IMG/VR virus record: IMGVR_UViG_3300045988_129469
Location: 1-39,805 of that record
Length of the DNA stretch: 39,805 bases
Strand: one strand, 5' to 3'
Origin: a virus
Shown here: one piece after another, positions 27,053-34,078 of the stretch
How the letters are laid out: the number at the start of each line of letters is the position of its first letter
How positions within the stretch are numbered: position 1 is the first letter of the stretch
Translations under genes and position numbers: made by a program
Notes under the pieces: model-generated
The model's database searches: none
Seen by the model: only the letters and a program-made list of their open reading frames with translations
What the model was told of the DNA's origin: nothing

Positions 27053-28488
27053 TGGTTCTTTCCTCCTAGTGGTTGGAATACGTTTTCTGGCGTGGCCGCC
27101 TGCAGAGCCGGACGCTTATCCGACTCGGGCACCAACGTCGGCTTGCCCGCGGGCTTATGTACGAGGTCGCCGAGCGTGTCCTGGAATTGCTTCTTGCCGA
27201 GCAACTTCGTCATCGCGGTAATACTCAACAGCTTCTTCTCATAGGGGTCGTGGCCGGCCTTTTCGACCGCGGCAGCAACCGCGTCCTCGTCGGTGTATTT
27301 GCTCACGCTACGTCCTTCCACGAGCTTCAACCCGGGGTAGGAATGCCCGTTATTAGCTTCATCTAGGGCGAACTTTTCTACCTTCGATAGCCACTTTTTA
27401 ATCTCGCCGGACCAGGCCACGATGTTGGCTATCTGGTCGTCGGTGAGTGTTTCCGGGTCAGGCGCCGCCGGCGTCATCTCATCCGATTCCTTCGGCAGCG
27501 GCTCAAGGTATTGGGCGGCGAGTGCTGGGCACTGTGGCGCGTGCCGGCAGAACCGGCACCACTCACCAGCGTTGAGCTCACCTTCGCCCTGGATTGCGAG
27601 CTGCGCGCGCGGGGCGACTACTTCCCTACCCCAGGTGATGAGTTCTTCGACACTGATTTCATCAACGCTGGTGTTGTTTAAGCGTGGTTGGAAAATCACC
27701 ATGCGCACTCGGTCGACGTTGTAAATCATGCCGAACTGGGCCAAGGCGCCGAGCGCGTACAAGCGCATCTGCGGATTACCCACAGCGGAGACCTCTACGC
27801 CTTTGCCGTATTTCAGGTCGATAACGGTCATGGTTCCATCTCCGACGATGAGGGCGTCACCAGTGCCGAAACCATCGGGCACGATGTGGCTAAAGTCAAG
27901 GCGTTGTTCAATCGCGAGGAACGCGGCGGCGCTGGTCTCTTGGGCGCGGGCGAGTTCTGCCATGACGTTATCGACGTAGTCGTCGGTGTAGGAGTCCATT
28001 TCCTCGTTTATCCAGTCGGATTCTCCTACGAGGGTGGACTCGTCTCCGTTGAGGAGGCGTAGCTTGTGCTCCGCGAGCTCATGGGCGGCAGTGCCTTCTG
28101 CCGCGGCGTCAGACTCACTGTCCGGGTATTGGGCTTCGAGCCGTGGGGCTGGTGTGCAGTTGAGCCACCTGTGGGAACTAGAGGCAGACAGTATGGCGTG
28201 CGCGCGGCCGGCGTGCTGCACTTCGGCCGCTGCCTTGTCTTTCTTTTCCTCCATCGTGCCGAACGTCTTTACCTTGTCGAAAGTAAGCCGCTGCGGGCTA
28301 TCACCACCGTTGTTGAGTGGGACGGTCTTTTTGTTGAGTCGGCCGAAGATTTTCCTGATGTCTCCGCGGTCATCTTCGATGTGGGTGATGCCGGCTTGGG
28401 TGATGGTCTTTTCTACCCCGGCGCGCTCATCGTCATTGGTGAAGTCGATGCTGGTGGCGTCAAGTAGGGGGACGTAGACTTCTGCCAT
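27049..28488 (-). CDS. PD-(D/E)XK nuclease with Cas4/RecB-like 4-Cys cluster (DUF2800-like, 479 aa)
   Basis: VIDLKYGKG (D-x-K) plus WLNC...CRFCRHAPQC (C...CxxCx5C). Confidence 0.7.
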   Translation of the reverse strand: MAEVYVPLLDATSIDFTNDDERAGVEKTITQAGITHIEDDRGDIRKIFGRLNKKTVPLNNGGDSPQRLTFDKVKTFGTMEEKKDKAAAEVQHAGRAHAILSASSSHRWLNCTPAPRLEAQYPDSESDAAAEGTAAHELAEHKLRLLNGDESTLVGESDWINEEMDSYTDDYVDNVMAELARAQETSAAAFLAIEQRLDFSHIVPDGFGTGDALIVGDGTMTVIDLKYGKGVEVSAVGNPQMRLYALGALAQFGMIYNVDRVRMVIFQPRLNNTSVDEISVEELITWGREVVAPRAQLAIQGEGELNAGEWCRFCRHAPQCPALAAQYLEPLPKESDEMTPAAPDPETLTDDQIANIVAWSGEIKKWLSKVEKFALDEANNGHSYPGLKLVEGRSVSKYTDEDAVAAAVEKAGHDPYEKKLLSITAMTKLLGKKQFQDTLGDLVHKPAGKPTLVPESDKRPALQAATPENVFQPLGGKNQ

Positions 28489-28491
28489 TGT

Positions 28492-28899
28492 TTAGTCTCC
28501 CTTGCGGTGTTTTTGGGCCATGGTGATGAGCTCCGGGAGTTTGTCGGCTGGTACGTCGGTAAGTGATTGGACGTTGAAGTGTGGGAATAGGGTTCCGGTA
28601 ATCCAGCCGGGGCCTTCGTCCATGCTGATGGCTCGTAGTGTGTTTTGTGCTTCGGGGAGGAGGTCTGGGGTTTCTTCTTCCTGTGGTTCGGGCTTTGGCT
28701 CCGGGGCGGGCGCGGCGTCTGGTTCTTCCTTTGGCGCGGGTGCTTCCTCTACTGGGTGCGGTTCCGCGGCTGGCGCCTCCTGCTTCGGCCATGGGGCCTG
28801 CGTGTCAGGTTCTTGTTTGATGCGGTCGAAGGTTTTTTGCATGGCGTGGATGCCGATTGCGAGGAGGTCGAGGGTGAGGTTTTTACTAATCCAGGTCAC
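28492..28899 (-). CDS. Hypothetical protein with Pro/Glu-rich linker (135 aa)
   Basis: GTG start overlapping the upstream stop. Low-complexity PEPKPEPQEEE centre. Confidence 0.55.
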   Translation of the reverse strand: MTWISKNLTLDLLAIGIHAMQKTFDRIKQEPDTQAPWPKQEAPAAEPHPVEEAPAPKEEPDAAPAPEPKPEPQEEETPDLLPEAQNTLRAISMDEGPGWITGTLFPHFNVQSLTDVPADKLPELITMAQKHRKGD

Positions 28900-29072
28900 T
28901 GTTTTGGGTCCTTTCCGGTGATGAGTCGGGTGCCGTGGACGGTGAGGCGGTTTTGTCCGTCCTCCAGCGTGGTGATGAGTCCTTGTTCTTTGAGGTCTTG
29001 GAGTTGGGCTTTGGTGATGTGTTTTCCTGCTGCCCAGCGGCGCAGGTTGGCGCGTGCTTGAATCTCTGTCAT
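28896..29072 (-). CDS. Small ORF (58 aa)
   Basis: Hand translation MTEIQARANLRRWAAGKHITKAQLQDLKEQGLITTLEDGQNRLTVHGTRLITGKDPKQ. ATGA and GTGA overlaps at its two ends. Confidence 0.55.
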   Translation of the reverse strand: MTEIQARANLRRWAAGKHITKAQLQDLKEQGLITTLEDGQNRLTVHGTRLITGKDPKQ

Positions 29073-29323
29073 TGGGGTGGCTTCCTGTAGTGCTTCTTGA
29101 TGAGTGCGTCGATGCGGTCGGATTCTTCTTCTGTCGGAACGCGCGTTGGTAGTTCTCCGAGGTGCTGGTTGATGCGCCGGTGAAGGCTGATGGTGGCGTC
29201 GGATACGGCTGCGATGCGGAAGTTGGTTTCGCGTAGCCGTTTATTGGTGATGGTTGAGAGTGCGGCCGCGCCGAGGGCGTTGAGGAGTGTTAGGGCGGTG
29301 AGGGTGACTATCCAGATGGTCAT
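29069..29323 (-). CDS. Small membrane-anchored protein (84 aa)
   Basis: N-terminal hydrophobic helix IWIVTLTALTLLNALGAAAL. Confidence 0.6.
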   Translation of the reverse strand: MTIWIVTLTALTLLNALGAAALSTITNKRLRETNFRIAAVSDATISLHRRINQHLGELPTRVPTEEESDRIDALIKKHYRKPPQ

Positions 29324-29502
29324 AGGTCTATGGAGTCCAGGAGCGTGTGGCGGTCATTCCGGTTAAGGGTAATGTCGGTGAGCTCGAGGGCGGTGTCTTC
29401 GCTGTAGCCGCGGTCGAGGAACATCATCATGGTGTGGTGTGTTTCTTGGATGCGGCGGTCAAGCTCAGTGGGTTTGAGGTCGCTTGGTTTGGGTGGGGTC
29501 AT
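29320..29502 (-). CDS. Hypothetical protein (60 aa)
   Basis: ATGA overlaps on both sides. Confidence 0.55.
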   Translation of the reverse strand: MTPPKPSDLKPTELDRRIQETHHTMMMFLDRGYSEDTALELTDITLNRNDRHTLLDSIDL

Positions 29503-29678
29503 AGGTTTTCTCGTTCGAAGTCGATGGTGACGCTGATTTCGTGGCAGAGGTCTCTCAGTGTGGGGAAGGTGTCTCCGTGGTCGCGTGCCCAGTCCAGGAC
29601 TTCGCCCTCGAGTCGGGATAGGGCTACTTTCTTGGCTTCGCGGCTGGGGTATGTGGACTCTGGTGCGAATAGGGGCAT
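29499..29678 (-). CDS. Small ORF (59 aa)
   Basis: Codon-by-codon hand translation MPLFAPESTYPSREAKKVALSRLEGEVLDWARDHGDTFPTLRDLCHEISVTIDFERENL. AGGAG upstream and an ATGA overlap downstream. Confidence 0.55.
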   Translation of the reverse strand: MPLFAPESTYPSREAKKVALSRLEGEVLDWARDHGDTFPTLRDLCHEISVTIDFERENL

Positions 29679-29703
29679 TGGGGTTCTCCTAGTGTGGTGT
29701 TGG

Positions 29704-29883
29704 CTATAGCCAGACGGGTGGCATGGAAATGATTGCGTGAAGGAGGAATCCGAGCATGCCGCCGAAGATTCCGGTAGCCCAGCACAGGCGGACTCGCTTT
29801 GCGGCGGTGTCTTGCCAGTAGGCGAGTTCTTTGTAGGAGGGTGTTTTGCGTTCCGGGCGACTATTTGGCGTGGTGGTTGGCAT
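29704..29883 (-). CDS. Small protein with C-terminal TM helix (59 aa)
   Basis: ATG at 29883 with AAGGA upstream. C-terminus reads LCWATGIFGGMLGFLLHAIISM. Confidence 0.5.
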   Translation of the reverse strand: MPTTTPNSRPERKTPSYKELAYWQDTAAKRVRLCWATGIFGGMLGFLLHAIISMPPVWL

Positions 29884-30061
29884 GGCGAGTTTTCCTTTCA
29901 TAGGCGGCGATTTGTCCGGTGACGAGGTGGGTGTGTGCGGCGGCGTCTTTAATTTGGCGCCGAATACTCTCCGGGATATGCGTGTAGCGGTAGATGAGCT
30001 TGAGCCGGGTTTCAATATCTTTGAGGTGGTTGATGGCTTCGGCGTGGGTGATTTGGTGCAT
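29861..30061 (-). CDS. Hypothetical protein (66 aa)
   Basis: ATG at 30061 with GGAG 7 nt upstream. The track start is a TTG at 30073. Confidence 0.55.
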   Translation of the reverse strand: MHQITHAEAINHLKDIETRLKLIYRYTHIPESIRRQIKDAAAHTHLVTGQIAAYERKTRHANHHAK

Positions 30062-30232
30062 GATTATCTCCAAGTCATGGTGAATGTGGACACGCGCGGC
30101 CTGTGGTGCCGGCCGCGGCTGAAGAGTGCTTTGAGGAGTTTCATGCGTGTTCTCTTCTGGTAGTGTTCATGGTGTCCTTTCCGGTTTAAGTAGGGATTTT
30201 GACCTCGCGGTGTGTGCTGAGCCGCGGGGTTC

Positions 30233-30248
30233 CTTTTGTTGATGGGGG
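30233..30248 (-). repeat. 16-mer CCCCCATCAACAAAAG (minus), copy 2
   Basis: Exact match to 21719..21734. Lies between the structured region and the next gene block. Confidence 0.9.
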
Positions 30249-30324
30249 GTGGGTGCAGGTGCGGGTCAGTGGCGGGCCGCCCGCGCCTTCACTTACGACG
30301 GCAGTTACACGTCACACCCACCCC

Positions 30325-30700
30325 GGTGGCCTGCCGGGGAATCGAACCCCGGAGTCTTTTGTAAGCACATTCCTTAGCCCCTGTAGTAGGTGTAAAAGAA
30401 TTGTGATTTGTCCATTCAGGCCTGGTATTTCTGTCAGCGCTGTTCGCTCCCTCCTCACCACTCCAGGGTGAGGGTTCCTGTACCTAAGTACTTGCCGGAG
30501 TCCTGGCACCCTGTCGGGCGGCCCAATGGGGCCTGATCTATGAACCACGCTCGTCCGGCCGGTATCTTCCAGCGCTCTTCACTATTGAGTTCTCTGTACT
30601 GCGTGGCCGTCCAGTCCCTCGTCTATCCCCTAGGGAGGGTCTGGCGGCCTGGTGCCCGCGGGGAGGCTTGCACTCCCCTGCCTGCTAAGTCGGGCTAAGT
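30325..30700 (-). ncRNA. Candidate structured RNA ending in a tmRNA/tRNA-like T-arm plus acceptor module
   Basis: No convincing ORF across 30171..30716. T-arm CCGGGG-TTCGATT-CCCCGG at 30334..30352. Acceptor-like pairing GGCCUG (30417..30422) with CAGGCC-A-CC (30325..30333). At least six further helices, listed in the findings. Confidence 0.3.
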
Positions 30701-30716
30701 TTCTCTGTTTGGGTGC

Positions 30717-30872
30717 TTAATGCCCTGCCCTTGCGATGGCAGCGTCGAGAGCGGCCTGCTCTGCTTCGGTAAAAAGCTCTTCGACGATGCTTGGTTTGAG
30801 GTGTTCCTTGAGTGCGGCTTTGAGGTAGCCGAGTATGTAAGCGTCGGTGTATACAGTGTCGAGAGTGTTCAT
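30717..30872 (-). CDS. Small ORF (51 aa)
   Basis: Codon-by-codon hand translation MNTLDTVYTDAYILGYLKAALKEHLKPSIVEELFTEAEQAALDAAIARAGH. Follows xis by 14 nt. Confidence 0.5.
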   Translation of the reverse strand: MNTLDTVYTDAYILGYLKAALKEHLKPSIVEELFTEAEQAALDAAIARAGH

Positions 30873-30886
30873 GGTGGGGTCTTTCG

Positions 30887-31072
30887 TTAGTAGATGCGGT
30901 AGGTGTGTTTTTCGAGGTGTTTCTCGATTTGTTCTCTGCGGTAGAGGACGTGGCGTTGGCTTGGGCGAATGCGGTCCCAGTTGTTGTTGCGGGCCCAGCG
31001 GCGCAGTGTGTCGGGGCTGCAGCGGAGAAGTTCGCAGGCTTCTTCCGTGTTGAGGTATGGGGAGTTGTTCAT
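30887..31072 (-). CDS. xis: Excisionase-type HTH DNA-binding protein (61 aa)
   Basis: YLNTEEACELLRCSPDTLRRWARNN is a typical MerR/excisionase-family HTH. ATG at 31072 with AAGGAA 7 nt upstream. Confidence 0.65.
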   Translation of the reverse strand: MNNSPYLNTEEACELLRCSPDTLRRWARNNNWDRIRPSQRHVLYRREQIEKHLEKHTYRIY

Positions 31073-31083
31073 AGGGGCATTCC

Positions 31084-31329
31084 TTATGCAGCGGTTTCTT
31101 CGACTTGGTCGAACCATGCCGCTATGTAGTTTTTGTCGCCTTGTAGTGCGGATACTCGTAGCGCGAGTTCTGCGGTTACCTTTGCCCCGGCGCGCAGCTT
31201 TGGCACGTCTGTGGTGCGAACGCCAATGAGTAGTGCGAGCTGTTCTTCGGTCTGTAGATTCCTTGAGCGCATGATTGCGTCTAGGGCTCCGGGGCGGAAG
31301 GTGAACCGAGGCGGTGCCATGACAGCCAT
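31084..31329 (-). CDS. Cro-like XRE-family HTH regulator (81 aa)
   Basis: First gene of the leftward early operon, divergent from the repressor. Has an HTH-like segment LQTEEQLALLIGVRTTDVPKLRAG. GGAGG lies 7 nt upstream. Confidence 0.7.
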   Translation of the reverse strand: MAVMAPPRFTFRPGALDAIMRSRNLQTEEQLALLIGVRTTDVPKLRAGAKVTAELALRVSALQGDKNYIAAWFDQVEETAA

Positions 31330-31382
31330 GTAGTTACCTCCATGTAGTTTGAAATTTTTGTGTGCGGTGCTGTTCTGCGCCG

Positions 31383-31506
31383 GTGACTAAAGATTGCCAC
31401 AGTTGACTATCGGCTGCAATACACCCTACATTTTTCACCCCCGGTGGACACCCTCGCCACATGTAACAAGCTGCACAAATGGCAGTTGACTACAGATTGC
31501 TATAAA
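31383..31506. promoter_or_regulatory. Divergent immunity-switch region: three 15-bp operator-like repeats and promoter elements
   Basis: gTGACTAaaGatTGC (31383), tTGACTAtcGgcTGC (31403), tTGACTAcaGatTGC (31486). TTGACT-18 nt-TACATT at 31403..31432. Extended -10 TGcTATAAA at 31498..31506, 9 nt before the repressor ATG. Confidence 0.6.
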
Positions 31507-31515
31507 GTGTTTCCC

Positions 31516-32016
31516 ATGAACGTTAATGACTGGCTAATCGACCTCAAGGGCGAGGACTCAATGCGCGCCGCCTCCAAAAAAAGTGGATATGCGCAAACCA
31601 CCCTCCAGCGACAGATCGACAAGGGAGTCCTATCACCTGAGATGGTCATTGCCTTATGTCGCGCTTATGACCGCTCCCCCGTCTCAGGCCTTATCGAAAC
31701 CGGCTACATCAACGACTACGAGCTACACGGCCCCGACGTGGAAATAGCCCTCCGTGAAGCCACTAATGAGCAGCTGCTAGACGAAATCATGCGCCGTTCC
31801 GACCCCCAGGCGCGCTACCTATTCGGCAATGAGGGAGATGGGGACACCATCGGTCTAGCCCCACATCTCACCCCCGTGTCCGATGCATCTGCTTCACTGC
31901 ATGGTGATGATGATGGCCTGGTCGAGGAGTGGGATGATTCCGTACCGCACGCGGCGGATAGTAGCCCCGACGAGCAGGCCGAACGTGAAAAGCGAGGTGA
32001 GGATTTGATTGATTAA
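31516..32016 (+). CDS. Immunity repressor, HTH N-terminus with acidic C-terminal tail (166 aa)
   Basis: ATG at 31516. HTH-like SKKSGYAQTTLQRQIDKGVLS. Divergent from cro and followed by ImmA. Confidence 0.7.
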   Translation: MNVNDWLIDLKGEDSMRAASKKSGYAQTTLQRQIDKGVLSPEMVIALCRAYDRSPVSGLIETGYINDYELHGPDVEIALREATNEQLLDEIMRRSDPQARYLFGNEGDGDTIGLAPHLTPVSDASASLHGDDDGLVEEWDDSVPHAADSSPDEQAEREKRGEDLID

Positions 32017-32386
32017 CACCGATGCCCTCATTGATGTGGCGCAGCGACGCGGGTATCGGGTGAGGTGGCATCGTGGCGGGCCGAAAGCAGCATGGCTCCC
32101 CCACCGGAACACCATCACCCTGCGCGTAGGAATGGACGACACAACCACCCTGTGTTCTCTCGCCCACGAGCTAGGCCACGCTCACTACGGCGACCCACCT
32201 GGCCACCATGGCGCCCATGAGCTACGCGCCGACAGGTTCGCCGCCCGCTTATTGATTAACCCCGTCGACTACGCCACTGCCGAAGCAATCTACGGACCAC
32301 ACCCGGCCACCCTGGCGCACGAGCTAGGCGTCACGGTCAAAGTCCTAAAAACTTGGCAATCTCTCTACGAAAGGCAAGCAGCATGA
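32009..32386 (+). CDS. ImmA/IrrE-family zinc metallopeptidase (125 aa)
   Basis: HEXXH motif (AHELGHAHYGD). TTG start overlapping the repressor stop, with GAGGTGAGGA upstream. Confidence 0.85.
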   Translation: MINTDALIDVAQRRGYRVRWHRGGPKAAWLPHRNTITLRVGMDDTTTLCSLAHELGHAHYGDPPGHHGAHELRADRFAARLLINPVDYATAEAIYGPHPATLAHELGVTVKVLKTWQSLYERQAA

Positions 32387-33018
32387 CTAATCAGTCCCCC
32401 TATTCCCAGCAGCAGGAAGAACCGCAGAAAAGGAAGCCGTGGTGGAAGCGCTGGTGGGTAATTCTCATCATCATCTTTGTCCTCATGGTCATTATCGGGA
32501 TGTTCCGCGAGGACACCCCAACTGATACTTCTACTGGTTCGGATGAGGCCGCTACAGAGCAGGCCCCGGCCGAGGACAAGCAAGAGGAGGAATCTAAGGA
32601 GGAAGAAGCCCCCGCGGACGAGGAAACTGCGCAGCAGGAAGAAGCGCAGCAGGAAGAGGTACAGCCGGAGGAAGAAAAGAAAAACACCGTGAATGTGGCC
32701 GGCCAAGACTGGGAATGCCAGCCAGTTCCGGATGAGACGATGCAGCGAATCATGGGCGGCGATAAGTGGGACGATGGTGCCCACGCCACTGTGGATAAGG
32801 CTGTCATGGTCCAGGGCGCGGACAACAACTTCATCGCAGCGAATATCGCTTGGGAAGGTGAAGATGAACCATTTGCCGCGGACTTCACCGCACCAGTGGA
32901 CGGTAGTGGCCCGATTACTTCCGCAAGCCCCGGCACCGCGGAGCTGTTCAACTGGCCGGAAACGCCGGGCGGCCCGTTCGACGGCACCGACGCCGCTAAG
33001 GAGTGCTTAGCGCAGTAA
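32383..33018 (+). CDS. Single-pass membrane protein with acidic low-complexity linker and Cys-containing exodomain (211 aa)
   Basis: ATG at 32383 overlaps the ImmA stop (ATGA). TM helix WWVILIIIFVLMVIIGMF. E/Q-rich linker. C-terminal ~120 aa with 2 Cys. Confidence 0.75.
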   Translation: MTNQSPYSQQQEEPQKRKPWWKRWWVILIIIFVLMVIIGMFREDTPTDTSTGSDEAATEQAPAEDKQEEESKEEEAPADEETAQQEEAQQEEVQPEEEKKNTVNVAGQDWECQPVPDETMQRIMGGDKWDDGAHATVDKAVMVQGADNNFIAANIAWEGEDEPFAADFTAPVDGSGPITSASPGTAELFNWPETPGGPFDGTDAAKECLAQ

Positions 33019-33024
33019 AACTGG

Positions 33025-33065
33025 GGGTGGCCCCGTGGAGCTGAGCTCAATACACGGGGCCACCC
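33025..33065. terminator. 13-bp perfect inverted repeat at the convergent junction
   Basis: GGGTGGCCCCGTG-15 nt-CACGGGGCCACCC. A second 7-bp hairpin lies at 33071..33093. Confidence 0.6.
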
Positions 33066-33181
33066 TATAAGGCCCACGGGGGGGATGTGGGCCACCAGCA
33101 GTATAAGACAAGACCGCGCCCAGCGCTCGGCAAGGGAAAGATCACTAGAGACTAGGGGCATCACCAGGGCCGTTGGCCCCC

Positions 33182-34078
33182 TTAGACCAACGTCGAAGAT
33201 TCAGAAATGCCACGGATTGCGTCAATCCGATATACCGGCTTTCCTATTCGTCCACTATTGAATTTCAATCGTTGAGCTGTAATTGTTGCAGTAACTTTCT
33301 TGTCGATATATCGAGGCATTTGCTGAACTAGTTCAGCCTCAATTGTTCCCGTCAATTCCGTTCCGTTGTCGCACTCAAGGAAAAATTGGCGGCGCCGGGA
33401 ACGCATTCCGTCCAGTCGGCCAGTAACTTTCATCTGCCACGTCTCAGGTTTGGAGTCACTTAAATTCTCCCAAAGTACGTTAGCTTGATCCGCAGTAAGG
33501 ATACCTTCTGAAGTTACCGCGCCGTCTAAGCTGAGCCCGAGGCGGATTGACTTTCTAAACTTACGTAGAGTTTCAGACAGTTTATATAAACCGTTTCTTT
33601 CCACATCTAGTAGCGCCAGCGCATTATCAAGGGACGCGTCATCATCTTCAGAGCTTGGCAAAGATAACGCTAAGTTTTCAGCAGATTTCTCCCCTAATGA
33701 AGGCAGGCTGGATTCATCTATAAGCGGGGTTTGTGGGTCGTCGGCCGGCTGGGTAAAACCAAAAACAATACGGTTGCCCGAAGACGCAACATTGCGAAGT
33801 CCAACCTTTTTATGGAATCGGTTGCTCATTCGCGCATTGGTCGTGTGTGGATCATCAAACGCTTTGGCAAAATATGCTGTGCTATTGGAGATAGTCTTGG
33901 CAACTTCAGAGCTCAGATACGCTTCAACCTCAGCTCCTAGAATGTCGACATTAAGATAGGCTTGGCGCGGAGGAAAGAATTTAGATTCTGCAGCCAAAAG
34001 TGAACTCTGAAAAATTCGTGATGCAAAAGTTCCATCATTGTCAATGGACTCCAATTGCTGTCTAAATGGATTGGTCAT
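33182..34078 (-). CDS. Unknown protein (298 aa), partner of the NTase-like gene in the AT-rich cassette
   Basis: ATGA overlap with the upstream gene. Helical N-terminus containing RMSNRFH (Rx5H), an acidic linker, and a beta-rich C-terminus. No family recognised. Confidence 0.75.
   Translation of the reverse strand: MTNPFRQQLESIDNDGTFASRIFQSSLLAAESKFFPPRQAYLNVDILGAEVEAYLSSEVAKTISNSTAYFAKAFDDPHTTNARMSNRFHKKVGLRNVASSGNRIVFGFTQPADDPQTPLIDESSLPSLGEKSAENLALSLPSSEDDDASLDNALALLDVERNGLYKLSETLRKFRKSIRLGLSLDGAVTSEGILTADQANVLWENLSDSKPETWQMKVTGRLDGMRSRRRQFFLECDNGTELTGTIEAELVQQMPRYIDKKVTATITAQRLKFNSGRIGKPVYRIDAIRGISESSTLV

Noticed and set aside
30325-30422. Bona fide tRNA or functional tmRNA gene
   Set aside because: The T-arm and acceptor-like pairing are present, but there is no D-arm with G18G19, no 5-bp/7-nt anticodon arm and no G3:U70 pair. 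No Ala-initiated tag frame ending in ..LAA-stop is present upstream. I kept it only as a tRNA-like module of an uncharacterised RNA.
30501-30512. 12-nt identity (CAGGGUGCCAGG) to a segment of E. coli RNase P RNA as I remember it, plus an ACAGAA..GGC string
   Set aside because: A 12-mer match is expected by chance at this scale. The P4 GAGGAAAGUCC core is absent, and the spacing of the two strings is about 200 nt too short for RNase P RNA.
32400-33164. 254-aa minus-strand ORF
   Set aside because: It is antisense to the membrane-protein gene of the lysogeny operon. It is Ser/Ala-rich low-complexity sequence that mirrors the E/Q-rich linker, and it runs through the convergent terminator hairpins.
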